A stretch of 64,000 bases of DNA from a bacterium (GCA_963675295.2 CAXXKJ010000002.1:4352001-4416000); one strand, 5' to 3'. Positions 1-11,205 are shown, numbered from the stretch's first letter. The notes: generated from the letters alone by a model not told the origin. Numbers and translations: made by a program.

Positions 1-1
1 T

Positions 2-1600
2 GATGATGACTTCACTGGCGCATCATCTGTCTATGCAGCGGATGTAGACGGTGACGGCGACATCGACGTGTTGGGTTCGGCTACCGGTTGGCAAGAGGGT
101 TTCAGATGGTGGGAGAACGCTGATGGTGTAGGCACGTCATGGACTGAACATAACATTATCGGCAACTTCAATCATGCGTACTCAGTGTATGCGGCGGACA
201 TGGACGGAGACGGCGATATTGACGCGCTAGGAGCGTGGTCTTCCCGCGACTACATCACATGGTGGGAAAACGACAATGGCGTTGGCACGATGTGGACCGA
301 ACACATCGTGGATGGCGACTTCGATGGCGCTTACTCAGCACTTGCCACAGATATTGACGGTGATGGCGACATAGATGTAGTGGCTGCTGCCTGGGTGAGC
401 GACACTATAGCATGGTGGGAAAACGTTGATGGTGTGGGCACGATGTGGACCGAGCACATTGTGGATGGCAACTTTATTAGCGTTCTCTCTGTGTATGCTA
501 CGGACATGGACGGGGACGGCGATATCGACGTGCTTGGAGGGGCGGGTTCTCCCCATAACCTCGCATGGTGGGAAAACGCCAATGGTGGGGGCACGCAGTG
601 GATAGAACACACTGTGGACGGCGACTTCTTTTGCAATTCTGTGTACGCAACCGACGTTGACGGAGATGGCGACACTGATGTGCTGGGTGCGAATTTCTCT
701 GATGGCGAAATTGTGTGGTGGGAAAACGCCAATGGTGTAGGTACAATGTGGACCGAACATATCTTGGATGACTGGTTCTATGGCGCTAATTCCGTATACG
801 CAACGGATGTGGACAGTGACGGCGACACCGACATCCTCGGTGCGGCGTCCATTAACGAGATCGCCTGGTGGGAACAGCCCGGATCTCCTTACCCTGACCT
901 GATTGAAATATCCCTTGTATCTGTTCAACCGATTCAAGTACCTCGTGGTGGTAGTTTCCAATACGAAGCCCTTGTAACCAGCAACCTTCCATCCCCGTAC
1001 AATGTGGATTTCTGGACCTACGTCATCCTGCCGAACGGTTCGCCGTATGGCCCCTTGCAGCAGCTCAACAACGTTCCGATGACACCTGCGACCATCATTG
1101 GACCAGTCAACCTGGGACTTGCCATTCCGCAGAACGCTTTTCTCGGTGAATACTCATTCCACATGCAGGCTGGCCGATTCCCGACAACAATCGTCGGTGA
1201 AGACGAGTTCCCCTTTGAAGTTGTTGCCGCAACCGGCACAAGCGGCTTGCCTTCCACCGATTGGTCAGCATGGGGACTGGAACAACTGTACCAGACTGGT
1301 AGCGAACAAATGGTTGCTGATGTGGGCACACCTGCTACCTACTCGCTTTCTGATGCCTACCCCAACCCGTTCAACGCAGCCACAACCCTGACCGTGAACC
1401 TGCCAGCGTCGTCTGAGCTGCAGGTGACTGTTTACAATTTACAGGGACGCCATGTCGCTGAACTGGCCAACGGTTCATATACCACCGGCACACACCGCTT
1501 CACCTTTGACGCATCCACCCTCGCCAGCGGCCTGTACTTCGTCCGTGCGACAGCACCCGGTCAATTCGAGCAAACGCAGAAGCTGGTGCTGATGCGATAG
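2..1600 (+). CDS. FG-GAP/VCBS repeat secreted protein with T9SS C-terminal sorting domain (5' partial)
   Basis: Repeated 'VYAxDxDGDGDxDVL' motifs; C-terminal YPNPFN...SGLYFV...QKLVLMR; frame open from position 2. Confidence 0.9.
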   Translation, partial: DDDFTGASSVYAADVDGDGDIDVLGSATGWQEGFRWWENADGVGTSWTEHNIIGNFNHAYSVYAADMDGDGDIDALGAWSSRDYITWWENDNGVGTMWTEHIVDGDFDGAYSALATDIDGDGDIDVVAAAWVSDTIAWWENVDGVGTMWTEHIVDGNFISVLSVYATDMDGDGDIDVLGGAGSPHNLAWWENANGGGTQWIEHTVDGDFFCNSVYATDVDGDGDTDVLGANFSDGEIVWWENANGVGTMWTEHILDDWFYGANSVYATDVDSDGDTDILGAASINEIAWWEQPGSPYPDLIEISLVSVQPIQVPRGGSFQYEALVTSNLPSPYNVDFWTYVILPNGSPYGPLQQLNNVPMTPATIIGPVNLGLAIPQNAFLGEYSFHMQAGRFPTTIVGEDEFPFEVVAATGTSGLPSTDWSAWGLEQLYQTGSEQMVADVGTPATYSLSDAYPNPFNAATTLTVNLPASSELQVTVYNLQGRHVAELANGSYTTGTHRFTFDASTLASGLYFVRATAPGQFEQTQKLVLMR

Positions 1601-1638
1601 GTAACGGGTATCCGTGAAGAGAAGCACACGAAGTTAGT

Positions 1639-2280
1639 TTATCCCGTCCATTCAATTTCCATCCACTCCGGCGGGTTGGGCGGTGAAGGCGTATCGGGAT
1701 ACGTCAACCCGTTCAGGTGTTGCAGCAGGGCGCGTAGTGTTCCCCGATGGGCGACGATCAGCAGCGGCTGGTTGTCCCAACGTGCGAGCGCGGCGTTGAC
1801 CGCGTCGACCGCACGGCTGCGCATCTCGATCAACGTTTCGCCTTCCGGTGGTGCCCATTCTTCGTAATGCCACAGCTTGTGGTTGGGATCTTTGGCGGAC
1901 GCGTCTTTCCACAACGCCGGATCGTTGCCGAGGTCTTCGTACGGCCGGCCGGTCCATTCGCCGTAGTTGCGTTCACGCAGGCCCGGGTCGGTTTCGACGG
2001 GCAGGTTGAGCGCCTTGTTCAGCAGCTTGGTGGTACGGTGTGCGCGGTAGAGGTCGCTGGAGATGATCGCGACGGGCCGGATCAGGCTTTCCTCGCCCGG
2101 TTCCGCAGTCGGGTCGATCTCCGGGTCGAAGTAGCGTTGTTTGAGACGCCGGCCCAGTTCATGCGCCTGGTCGACGCCTTCATGTGTCAGATCAACATCA
2201 TTCCGCCAGCCGGAGATCCACTTGCCGACGTTGGCCGTGGTCTGGGCGTGACGGGCGAGCAGCAGCGGTATCGTTTCCAT
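1639..2280 (-). CDS. Histidine phosphatase (phosphoglycerate mutase-like) family protein
   Basis: LARHAQT, SSDLYRA, LRERNYGEW and VAHRG motifs; start taken at METIP. Confidence 0.85.
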   Translation of the reverse strand: METIPLLLARHAQTTANVGKWISGWRNDVDLTHEGVDQAHELGRRLKQRYFDPEIDPTAEPGEESLIRPVAIISSDLYRAHRTTKLLNKALNLPVETDPGLRERNYGEWTGRPYEDLGNDPALWKDASAKDPNHKLWHYEEWAPPEGETLIEMRSRAVDAVNAALARWDNQPLLIVAHRGTLRALLQHLNGLTYPDTPSPPNPPEWMEIEWTG

Positions 2281-2348
2281 GCAGGAAGCTACAGAAAAAG
2301 GGCGCCGCAGCGCGACGCCCATGACGGTCTCTGAAGTCGATATCGAAC

Positions 2349-3494
2349 CTACTTCTCGTCGAGAATACTCCGTGCGATCACGATCCGCTGGATCTCGTTG
2401 GTGCCTTCGTAGATCTCGGTAATCTTGGCGTCACGCAACATCCGCTCCACCGGATAATCCTTGGTGTAGCCGTAGCCGCCGTGGATCTGGATCGCTTCCA
2501 GCGCGCAGTACGTAGCAGTTTCAGAGCAATACACCTTTGCCATCGCCGCTTCCTGGTTGAACGACAACCCGTTGTCCTTGCGCCACGCGGCGTAGCGCAG
2601 CAGCTGACGGGCGGCGGTGATGCGTGTACCCATGTCCGCGATCTTGTTACGGATCGCCTGGAATTTGCTGATCGACTTGCCGAACTGGACACGTTCCTTC
2701 GAATACTGCACCGCGGCCTCGAACGCACCCTGCGCGATGCCCAATCCCTGGGCGGCGACACCCATGCGGCCGCTGTCCAGCGCGGACAACATGATCTTGA
2801 AGCCGTCACCAGGCTTGCCGACGATGTTCGCCGCCGGGACACGCACATCCTGCAACGTCAACGACACGGTGTCGGTGGCGCGAATGCCCATCTTCTCTTC
2901 CGGCTTGCCGATCTCGATGCCCGGCGTATCTTTGGGGACGACGAACGTGGTCGTGCCACGGTGTCCGGATTCCGGATCGGTCTTCACAACCATCATGTAC
3001 GCGTCGCAGTTCTTCCCGTTGGTGATCCAGTTCTTCGATCCGTTGATCACCCACTCGTCGCCGTCCTGCTCGGCGGTCGTGGTCATCGCGGCGGCGTCCG
3101 ACCCCGAACCCGGCTCGGTCAGGCAGAAGGCACCCAGCCACTCGCCGGTCGCGAACTTCTTGAGGAAGTTTTCCTTGATGTAGTCGTTGCCGTGCTTTTC
3201 GAGGGCGTAGCAAACGAGGGAATTGTTGACCGAGCAGATGATCTCGGTGGACGGGTCGACCCGTGCGAGCTCTTCCATCGCGGTGATGTAGGTGACGGTG
3301 TCAAAGCCCGATCCGCCCCACTCTTCGCTGACGATCATCCCCATGAACCCGAGCTCACCAAGCTTCTGGATCGCCTCACGGGGGAAGATTTCCTTCTCAT
3401 CACGTTCCGCGACTCCGGGCCGCAGTTCATTTTCAGCGAAATCTCGTGCGGTCTGGCGCACCATCTCCTGCTCTTCAGTCAGCCGGAAGTCCAT
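2349..3494 (-). CDS. Acyl-CoA dehydrogenase (short-chain/butyryl-CoA type)
   Basis: FCLTEPGSGSD, GSKNWITNG, IQIHGGYGY and EIYEGTNEIQR motifs; RBS GAGGAG before MDFRL. Confidence 0.93.
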   Translation of the reverse strand: MDFRLTEEQEMVRQTARDFAENELRPGVAERDEKEIFPREAIQKLGELGFMGMIVSEEWGGSGFDTVTYITAMEELARVDPSTEIICSVNNSLVCYALEKHGNDYIKENFLKKFATGEWLGAFCLTEPGSGSDAAAMTTTAEQDGDEWVINGSKNWITNGKNCDAYMMVVKTDPESGHRGTTTFVVPKDTPGIEIGKPEEKMGIRATDTVSLTLQDVRVPAANIVGKPGDGFKIMLSALDSGRMGVAAQGLGIAQGAFEAAVQYSKERVQFGKSISKFQAIRNKIADMGTRITAARQLLRYAAWRKDNGLSFNQEAAMAKVYCSETATYCALEAIQIHGGYGYTKDYPVERMLRDAKITEIYEGTNEIQRIVIARSILDEK

Positions 3495-3810
3495 GTTCTC
3501 CTCGTTCACAATTGGTTGCAACGTCTCGGGTTAACGATCCCCCCTGGCGCACATCGGCAACAGGAGTTGCCGGGCCTAGAAGTATACGCAACCGGTCCAA
3601 GCTGTGCCAACTGAACGAACAGCGGCAGCCACCCTCATCCCCAGTGACGATCCTTTTAGTAATCAAATGGTTACAACGTATGGACCGTTGTCCAGCCGCC
3701 TCTCGAGGGCGGCCAGGAAATTGCAAAAAAACGACATCCTGCCTAGGGATCAGGGTTAGGCTTGATTTACTTTTACGCATCACATGTGGGCATACAGGGA
3801 GAGAGAAACG

Positions 3811-5511
3811 ATGAGACAGATCAGTGGAGTTCTGCTTGTGGCACTGTTGGCTGCTGCATGCGCATACGGACAGGCGATTCCGCCAATCAACCTGAGCGCC
3901 GAATTGTTGCAGGCCGGCGAAGTGTCCCTGACCTGGGAGGAGCCGCCGGACGGACTGTTCGAAGATTTCAATGACGGCCTGGCGCAGGGATTTGTCTGGG
4001 AACTGTTTAATGGTTCGCTGCTGATCGAAGAAGGGTATGCCAAGGTCGATGTCACCAACAACGGGTCGGACTGGGGCTCGGCATATTACGAACCGGTGCA
4101 GTTCGACAACTTCACCGCGGAAATCACATATGAAGAAGTCGTCAGCACCTACTCGCGCGGCATGATCTTCCGCACTGACGGCCCGCTCGACAGCGATTGC
4201 AACGGTTACGGCTACTGGACAGCGGGCGGCAGCTATTCCGTCTGGAAGATGACCGGCGGCAACTTCAGCAACCTGGTTTCCTGGACCAGCAGCGCGCTGA
4301 TCAACACGGGCACCGGCGCCGTGAATACGCTGAAAATCATTGCCGACGGCAACAGCTTCACGCTATACATCAACGGTACACAAGTGAACTCGTTTACCGA
4401 CGACAGTTACTCGACCGGCTATGTCGGCCCGGTGACCGCGTACACCAACATCGTGTGGTACGACGAGATGAGCTGTGTCCTCGGTGCGATTCCCGTCCCT
4501 GATGACACACCGGTTCTCCACGGACAGCCGCTACTGGGCGACTTCGATCCGATGGGCCGCCCGTTGAACGACGTCGCAGTGCGTGAGCAGCAGCAGATGC
4601 TGGCGACCGCGCAGTCCGGCAACCCCAGCGGCGGCGATCTCAACGAGATCGACGAGTTCATCGAATACCGCATCTACCGCGACGGAACGTATCTCGGCAG
4701 CTCGACGACCGAAGCCTACACCGACAACCTGCCGCAGCCGGGCGAATACAACTACACCGTGACGGCGTACTACGATCCGGAAGGGGAATCGTCCCCGGCC
4801 GGCCCGCTACTGGTCAACTGGGAACCGGTGGTCCTGACCCTTACCGGACAGATCACCTCGGTTCCGCCGCAGGGTGGGTTGATTTACTACGATGTCTCGG
4901 TCTGGAATACGCTGCCGCAGACATTTAACAACGTCGACTGGTGGACGACGGTGGAATTCCCCAACGGCCAGGAGTTCGGTCCGTTGATGCAGATGAATGT
5001 GACCATCCCCGGCTTCCTCAACACGACGGTTCAGGGCCTGACCCAGAACATTCCGGCTCTCGCGCCGGGCGGCCAGTACATCTTCACCGGTCACATGGGC
5101 AACTACCCCAACAGCATCCTGCATGATAGCTTCACCTTTGAGAAGCAGGGTGTAGGCACCGACGTCATCAGCTTTAACCCGGAAGACTGGATCGGATCGG
5201 AATTCACGCTCGCGTCGGATGAAGCGTCAGTAACCGGTCTACCGTCCGCCTATACACTGAGTGCAGCCTACCCGAACCCGTTCAACCCGAGCACCTCGTT
5301 CAGCGTCAGCCTGCCGGATGCGGCTGACCTGACGGTCACGGTGTACAACATCGCCGGCCAACGTGTCGCGACCCTCGCGGACGGTATGACCAGCGCTGGT
5401 CAGCACGAATTCACCTTCGACGCGCACGGCCTCGCCAGCGGTCTGTACTTCGTGCAGGCGGTGGTCCCGGGTCAGCTGAACCAGATCCGCAAGGTGACCT
5501 TGCTGCGCTAG
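3811..5511 (+). CDS. Secreted T9SS-CTD protein, array paralog 1 (split FN3 + DUF1080-like domain + Ig-like domain + CTD)
   Basis: Signal peptide ending ...G-Q; FN3 strands LTWEEPP and YRIYRDG..YTVTAYY; YPNPFNP CTD. Confidence 0.85.
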   Translation: MRQISGVLLVALLAAACAYGQAIPPINLSAELLQAGEVSLTWEEPPDGLFEDFNDGLAQGFVWELFNGSLLIEEGYAKVDVTNNGSDWGSAYYEPVQFDNFTAEITYEEVVSTYSRGMIFRTDGPLDSDCNGYGYWTAGGSYSVWKMTGGNFSNLVSWTSSALINTGTGAVNTLKIIADGNSFTLYINGTQVNSFTDDSYSTGYVGPVTAYTNIVWYDEMSCVLGAIPVPDDTPVLHGQPLLGDFDPMGRPLNDVAVREQQQMLATAQSGNPSGGDLNEIDEFIEYRIYRDGTYLGSSTTEAYTDNLPQPGEYNYTVTAYYDPEGESSPAGPLLVNWEPVVLTLTGQITSVPPQGGLIYYDVSVWNTLPQTFNNVDWWTTVEFPNGQEFGPLMQMNVTIPGFLNTTVQGLTQNIPALAPGGQYIFTGHMGNYPNSILHDSFTFEKQGVGTDVISFNPEDWIGSEFTLASDEASVTGLPSAYTLSAAYPNPFNPSTSFSVSLPDAADLTVTVYNIAGQRVATLADGMTSAGQHEFTFDAHGLASGLYFVQAVVPGQLNQIRKVTLLR

Positions 5512-5533
5512 TCACGCGTTTCACAGGTTTTTC

Positions 5534-5567
5534 AAGGGGAAACGGGCAGTTTGGCCGTCTCCCTTTT
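5534..5567 (+). terminator. Intrinsic terminator after paralog 1
   Basis: aaggggaaacgg/ccgtctcccttt hairpin with T-run. Confidence 0.7.
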
Positions 5568-5686
5568 ATGCTCCCAACTGCTCCATATGCTTGAAAAAAA
5601 TACTGAAAAGCGCAGATTCTCGAGTCTTTCTGGCAGATTGAGCTGTATTTTTATGTTCGTCATGAGGGATTACATGTGAGGGAGAG

Positions 5687-7375
5687 ATGAGAACGTATCT
5701 GGTGCTGTTGCTGGGTTTGCTGATCGTCGGCAGTGCGTTCGGGCAGGCCGTGCCGCCGATCAATCTGCAGGCTGAGTTATTGCAGGGGGGCAATGTTTCG
5801 CTGACGTGGGATCCGCCACCGGATGGTCTGGTCGAGGACTTTGAGGACGGCCTGGCGCAGGATTTCGACTGGTTTGCTCCAGGCGGGACCTATGTCATTG
5901 AGGATGGATACGCGAAGATTGACATGACCACTGGAAGCGATTGGGGATCTGGGGTCTACACTGGCGTAACCTTTGACAACCTGACAGTTTCTACCACTTT
6001 CGAGTACGTTGAGGGTCAGTTGTCGCGCGGCCTGTTGTTCCGTGCCGATGGCCCGAAGGACTCGGATTACACAGGCTACGGCTACTGGATCGCGCACACG
6101 TTGGATGCCTACTCCCTGTGGAAATACAATAATGGCGCGATTACGAACGTCGTCCCCTGGACCGATAGCGCGTTGATCAATGACGGCGTCGGTGCGATCA
6201 ACACGTTGACCTTGACCGCTGACGGTTCAACCTTCGACATGTACATCAATGGTACCTATGTCAGCTCCGTCACGGACGCCTCCCACGCCTCCGGGTATGT
6301 CGGTATCGTCTCCGCCTACGACAACGAAGTCTGGTACGACGACATCACCGGCCTGTTCGGCATCGTGCCGCCGGGCACGGATAACGTGGAAATCGGCACC
6401 CCGATCGCCGGCAATTATGACGATCTCGGCCGTCCCACCGACCAGGTGTACACGCCGTCCGGCACCGTCTTCAACAAGTACGAACAGGGCTGGTCGTCCT
6501 CCAACGAGATCGACGAATTCGTTGAGTATCGCGTCTACCTTGACGGTGACTACGTTGGGTCAACCACAACCGAATCCTTTGACGATACGCTGCCATCGCT
6601 GGGCGAGCACACCTACACCGTGACTGCTTTTTACGATCCGGAAGGTGAATCGTCCCCGGCCGGCCCGGTCCTGGTGAATTGGGAACCGGTGGTCTTGACC
6701 CTTACCGGGCAGGTCACCACTGTCCCACCGGAGGGCGGTATGATTTTCTACGACGTGTCCATCTGGAACACGTTGCCGCAATCCTTCCCGAACGTCAACT
6801 GGTGGACCGAGGTCGAGCTGCCGAACGGTCAGTTGTTCGGCCCGTTGATGACCCGCACGGTCACCATTCCGGGCTTCCTCGACATTACCGTGCAGGCGAT
6901 GAACCAGGACATTCCGAGTCTCGCCCCCGGCGGCGAGTACATCTTCTACGGGCACTTGGGCCATTACCCGACAAGCCTGCTGATGGACAGTTTTACGTTT
7001 ACCAAGGAAGGTGTGGCCACGGACAACATTGAGTTTGATCCGGAGCACTGGGCCGCCGGCGGCGAGTTCAGCATCGCGGCCGATGGCGAAACCGTCGTCT
7101 CGCAACCGTCAACCTACGCGTTGAGCTCAGCATGGCCAAACCCGTTCAACCCGAGCACCTCGTTCAGTGTCAGCCTGCCGGATGCGGCTGACCTGACGGT
7201 CACGGTGTACAACATCGCCGGCCAACGTGTCGCGACCCTCGCGGATGGCATGACCAGCGCCGGACAGCATCAGTACACCTTCGACGCGCACGGCCTCGCC
7301 AGCGGCCTGTACTTCGTGCAGGCGGTGGTCCCGGGTCAGCTGAACGAGATCCGCAAGGTGACCTTGCTGCGCTAG
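5687..7375 (+). CDS. Secreted T9SS-CTD protein, array paralog 2
   Basis: Same architecture as paralog 1; RBS GAGGGAG. Confidence 0.85.
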   Translation: MRTYLVLLLGLLIVGSAFGQAVPPINLQAELLQGGNVSLTWDPPPDGLVEDFEDGLAQDFDWFAPGGTYVIEDGYAKIDMTTGSDWGSGVYTGVTFDNLTVSTTFEYVEGQLSRGLLFRADGPKDSDYTGYGYWIAHTLDAYSLWKYNNGAITNVVPWTDSALINDGVGAINTLTLTADGSTFDMYINGTYVSSVTDASHASGYVGIVSAYDNEVWYDDITGLFGIVPPGTDNVEIGTPIAGNYDDLGRPTDQVYTPSGTVFNKYEQGWSSSNEIDEFVEYRVYLDGDYVGSTTTESFDDTLPSLGEHTYTVTAFYDPEGESSPAGPVLVNWEPVVLTLTGQVTTVPPEGGMIFYDVSIWNTLPQSFPNVNWWTEVELPNGQLFGPLMTRTVTIPGFLDITVQAMNQDIPSLAPGGEYIFYGHLGHYPTSLLMDSFTFTKEGVATDNIEFDPEHWAAGGEFSIAADGETVVSQPSTYALSSAWPNPFNPSTSFSVSLPDAADLTVTVYNIAGQRVATLADGMTSAGQHQYTFDAHGLASGLYFVQAVVPGQLNEIRKVTLLR

Positions 7376-7397
7376 TCACGCGTTTCACAGGTTTTTC

Positions 7398-7432
7398 AAG
7401 GGGAGACGGGCAGTTTGGCCGTCTCCCTTTTT
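7398..7432 (+). terminator. Intrinsic terminator after paralog 2
   Basis: gggagacgg/ccgtctccc hairpin plus TTTTT; nearly identical to 5534-5567. Confidence 0.75.
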
Positions 7433-7633
7433 ATCCGCCAAACTGCCGCGCTGCTTGTTAGACAGTGAGTTCAGCTGCTTCTTCTTCCTTGAGTGGTTCA
7501 ATGTCTCTCGCGGCAATTCAGAAAAAACTGGAAACAATGAGAAAACAGTTCTCAGCAACCCGGAGATGCGTTAGATTCCAGCAAACCTGAGAAAGTTGGA
7601 GAAAACCGTTTTCGTTTACAGGGGGAGGTTAAG

Positions 7634-9301
7634 ATGCGTTTCCTGGCAGCGTTGTGTGTCGTATGCCTGTTGGTGGGAGTTTCGGTCGGGCAGGTTGTCC
7701 CACCGATCAACCTGGAGGCTGAGCTGTTGCAGGCCGGAGAAGTGGCACTCACTTGGGATGCACCACCGGACGGGTTAGTTGAAGATTTTGAGGACGGATT
7801 GGCTCAGGATTTCGAGTTCTATCCTGACCCCAATGACTTCATCGTCCAGGATGGATACCTCAAGATGTTGACCAGTTCGGCCTGGCAGTGTGCCTGGTAC
7901 ACCGGCATGCAGTTCACGGATTTCGACATGGAAGCCACGTTCCAGAATGTCGCCAGCAACAATTCCCGCGGTATCCAGTTCCGTGCGGACGGACCCCGGG
8001 ATACCGATTACAACGGCTACAATTTCTATGTCGCCTTGACATCCGGCAACTATTCCATCTACAAGTTTGTCAACGGTTCAAGTTCCACGCCGATTTCGTG
8101 GACGACCAGTCCGTACGTCAACACCGGACAGGGAGAAACCAACACCCTGCGAGTCGTCGGGTCCGGCAACTCCTTTGACTTGTATATCAACGGGAATTAC
8201 GTCGATTCCTTCACCGACGACGATCACCCGTCTGGCATGGTCAGCTGCATTGCGTCCAGCGCGGCAACGGTCTGGTACGATGAGATTACCTGCATTCCGG
8301 CGGCAACACTGGTTCCCGCATCGATGCATCCGCAGGAAACGGTACCAAGTATCGAGTGCGATGAGCAGGGACAGCCGCTGGATGGACGGATTGTCGATCT
8401 GATCCAGCCGCGTATTCCCGTCACCCCGGTTTCGCGCGAAATCGATGAGTTCATCGAATACCGCATCTATCGCGACAACGTTCAGATCGGTACCTCGACG
8501 ACCGAAAGCTACACCGACAATCTGCCGTCGATAGGCGAGTACACCTATACCGTAACCGCCTACTACGACGAAGGCGAATCCAGCCATTCGAATGAGGCTG
8601 TGGTGAACTGGCAGTTGGTGTTCCTCGACCTCACCGGTCAGATTACCCAGATCCCGCCGGAGGGCGGTACGGTCTTCTACGACGCGCACGTGTGGAACAC
8701 CACCGCGCAGACATTCCAGAACGTTCGTTACTGGACTATGGTGGAACTGCCGAACTCACAGGTGTTTGGTCCGCTGACCATGGTCAACGTGAACATCACT
8801 GGCTTCATGAACACGACGGTTCAGGGCCTGACTCAGGATATTCCGGTGTACGCGCCGGAAGGAACCTACACCCTCACCGGTCATCTCGGTTTCTACCCGG
8901 TCAGCTACCTCAGTGACAGCTTCGAATTCGAGAAGCTGGGCACGGGTGTTGACGCGGTGGACTTCAATCCGTCGGACTGGTCCGGTTCTGCTCTGACTCT
9001 GGCGTCGGATGATGAAGCGGCTGTTTCGCTGCCGTCAGCCTACGCGTTGAGTGCAGCGTACCCGAACCCGTTCAACCCGAGCACCTCGTTCAGCGTCAGC
9101 CTGCCCGAATCGGCTGAGCTGACGGTCACGGTCTACAACATCGCCGGTCAGCGTGTCGCGACCCTCGCGGACGGCATGACCAGCGCCGGACAGCATGAGT
9201 ACACCTTCGACGCGCACGGCCTCGCCAGCGGCCTGTACTTCGTGCAGGCAGTGGTTCCGGGCCAGCTGAACGTGATCCGCAAGATCACGCTGCTGCGATA
9301 A
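7634..9301 (+). CDS. Secreted T9SS-CTD protein, array paralog 3
   Basis: Same architecture; RBS GGAGG. Confidence 0.85.
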   Translation: MRFLAALCVVCLLVGVSVGQVVPPINLEAELLQAGEVALTWDAPPDGLVEDFEDGLAQDFEFYPDPNDFIVQDGYLKMLTSSAWQCAWYTGMQFTDFDMEATFQNVASNNSRGIQFRADGPRDTDYNGYNFYVALTSGNYSIYKFVNGSSSTPISWTTSPYVNTGQGETNTLRVVGSGNSFDLYINGNYVDSFTDDDHPSGMVSCIASSAATVWYDEITCIPAATLVPASMHPQETVPSIECDEQGQPLDGRIVDLIQPRIPVTPVSREIDEFIEYRIYRDNVQIGTSTTESYTDNLPSIGEYTYTVTAYYDEGESSHSNEAVVNWQLVFLDLTGQITQIPPEGGTVFYDAHVWNTTAQTFQNVRYWTMVELPNSQVFGPLTMVNVNITGFMNTTVQGLTQDIPVYAPEGTYTLTGHLGFYPVSYLSDSFEFEKLGTGVDAVDFNPSDWSGSALTLASDDEAAVSLPSAYALSAAYPNPFNPSTSFSVSLPESAELTVTVYNIAGQRVATLADGMTSAGQHEYTFDAHGLASGLYFVQAVVPGQLNVIRKITLLR

Positions 9302-9326
9302 ATACTGGCTTTTCTGGAGTCGAACA

Positions 9327-9362
9327 CGGGGAACCGGCAGATTCGCCGGTTCCCCGCTTTTT
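9327..9362 (+). terminator. Intrinsic terminator after paralog 3
   Basis: cggggaaccggc/gccggttccccg hairpin plus TTTTT. Confidence 0.8.
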
Positions 9363-9504
9363 CCAAGGGAAGCAGTGTGGAGACCGAGCCGCTTCGGCTC
9401 TGATCCACCAACAAGAATTTATCGTTTCCACGGTACAGCCGTGATCTGGCAGCGAATCAGGTAGTACGTTATGCCAGCTTAACGGTAACCAAAGGGAGGG
9501 AAAG

Positions 9505-11205
9505 ATGAAACTGCTGGCAGGAGTAGCGTTGATAGCTTTCTTGGTGTCGAGCGTATTTGGTCAGGCGATTCCGCCGATCAACCTCAACGCCGAATTGTTA
9601 CAGGCGGGGGAAGTATCCCTGACATGGGAAGAGCCGCCGGATGGGCTGTTTGAAGACTTCAACGACGGCGTCGCCCAGGGATTTGAGTGGCTGCTGTACA
9701 ACGGATCGTATGTCATAGAGGACGGGTATGCCAAGGTAGACGTCACCACGAACGTCAGCGGCCAGTGGGGAACAGGCGTCTACACACCGGTCGTGTTTGA
9801 TGACTTTACTGCGGAAGTAACCTACGAGGGTTACGAAGGATATACTTCCCGCGGGATGGTTTTCCGCTGTGACGGCAATTTCGACAGTAATTTCAATGGC
9901 TACGGATTCTGGACATCCAACACTTCATTTTCAGTCTGGAAATATGTGAACGGATCGGAAACCAATGCCTTCAGTTGGACAACCAGCAGCTATATCAACA
10001 CCGGCACCGGCGAGTCCAACACCCTGAAGGTGACCGGCGAGGGCAGCACCTTCACCCTTTACATCAACGGCCATAACGTGGGATCGTTCACCGACACCGC
10101 GCATGCGACCGGACATGTCGGCGTCGTCGCAGCGTATGGCGACCTGATCTGGTTTGACGAACTCACGAGTGTCTTCGGCATTCTCCCCGGTGCGGACAGC
10201 GTTTCGGGTGAGCCAGGCGAACCTCTGCAGGGTCAGTTCGACTCGATGGGCCGTCCGTTGAACGATGTTGCCGTGCGTGAACAGCAGCAGATGCGGGCGA
10301 CTGCGCAGTCGGGCAACCCCAGCGGTGGCGACCTCAACGAGATCGACGAGTTCATTGAATACCGCATCTACCGAGACGGAACCTACATCGGCGCTGCAAC
10401 AACTGAAGCCTACACCGACAACCTGCCGCAACCGGGTGAGTACGAATACACCGTGACGGCCTATTATGATCCGGAGGGCGAATCGTCCCCGGCCGGCCCG
10501 CTGATGGTCAACTGGGAACCGGTTGTCTTGACCCTCACCGGGCAAATCACCACAGTCCCGCCGCAGGGTGGGCTGATTTACTACGATGTCTCGGTCTGGA
10601 ATACGTTGCCGCAGACATTCAACAACGTCAACTGGTGGACGACGGTTCAACTCCCGAACGGACAGATGTTCGGACCGCTCACACTGATGAACGTGACTAT
10701 CCCCGGCTTCATCAACACGACTGTTCAGGGGCTGACCCAGAACATTCCGAACCTCGCACCGAGTGGTGACTACATCTTCACCGGTCACCTGGGTAACTAC
10801 CCAAACAGCATTCTGAACGACAGCTTCACGTTTGAGAAGCAGGGTGTGAGTAGCGACGCCATCAACTTCAACCCGGAAGACTGGGTCGGATCTGAATTCA
10901 CGCTCGCGTCCGATGAGGCGTCGGTAACCGGTCTGCCTTCCGCCTACGCACTGAGCGCGGCGTATCCGAACCCGTTCAACCCGAGCAACTCGTTCAGTGT
11001 CAGCCTGCCTGACGCCGCCGAGCTGACGGTCACGGTCTACAACATCGCCGGTCAACGTGTCGCGACCATCGCGGACGGCATGACCAGCGCCGGCCAGCAC
11101 GAGTACACCTTCGACGCATCCGGTTTGGCCAGCGGGTTGTACTTTATTCGAGCAGTTGTACCCGGTGAACTGGATCAGATTCGGAAGGTTACGCTGATCC
11201 GTTAA
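9505..11205 (+). CDS. Secreted T9SS-CTD protein, array paralog 4
   Basis: Same architecture; RBS GGGAGG. Confidence 0.85.
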   Translation: MKLLAGVALIAFLVSSVFGQAIPPINLNAELLQAGEVSLTWEEPPDGLFEDFNDGVAQGFEWLLYNGSYVIEDGYAKVDVTTNVSGQWGTGVYTPVVFDDFTAEVTYEGYEGYTSRGMVFRCDGNFDSNFNGYGFWTSNTSFSVWKYVNGSETNAFSWTTSSYINTGTGESNTLKVTGEGSTFTLYINGHNVGSFTDTAHATGHVGVVAAYGDLIWFDELTSVFGILPGADSVSGEPGEPLQGQFDSMGRPLNDVAVREQQQMRATAQSGNPSGGDLNEIDEFIEYRIYRDGTYIGAATTEAYTDNLPQPGEYEYTVTAYYDPEGESSPAGPLMVNWEPVVLTLTGQITTVPPQGGLIYYDVSVWNTLPQTFNNVNWWTTVQLPNGQMFGPLTLMNVTIPGFINTTVQGLTQNIPNLAPSGDYIFTGHLGNYPNSILNDSFTFEKQGVSSDAINFNPEDWVGSEFTLASDEASVTGLPSAYALSAAYPNPFNPSNSFSVSLPDAAELTVTVYNIAGQRVATIADGMTSAGQHEYTFDASGLASGLYFIRAVVPGELDQIRKVTLIR

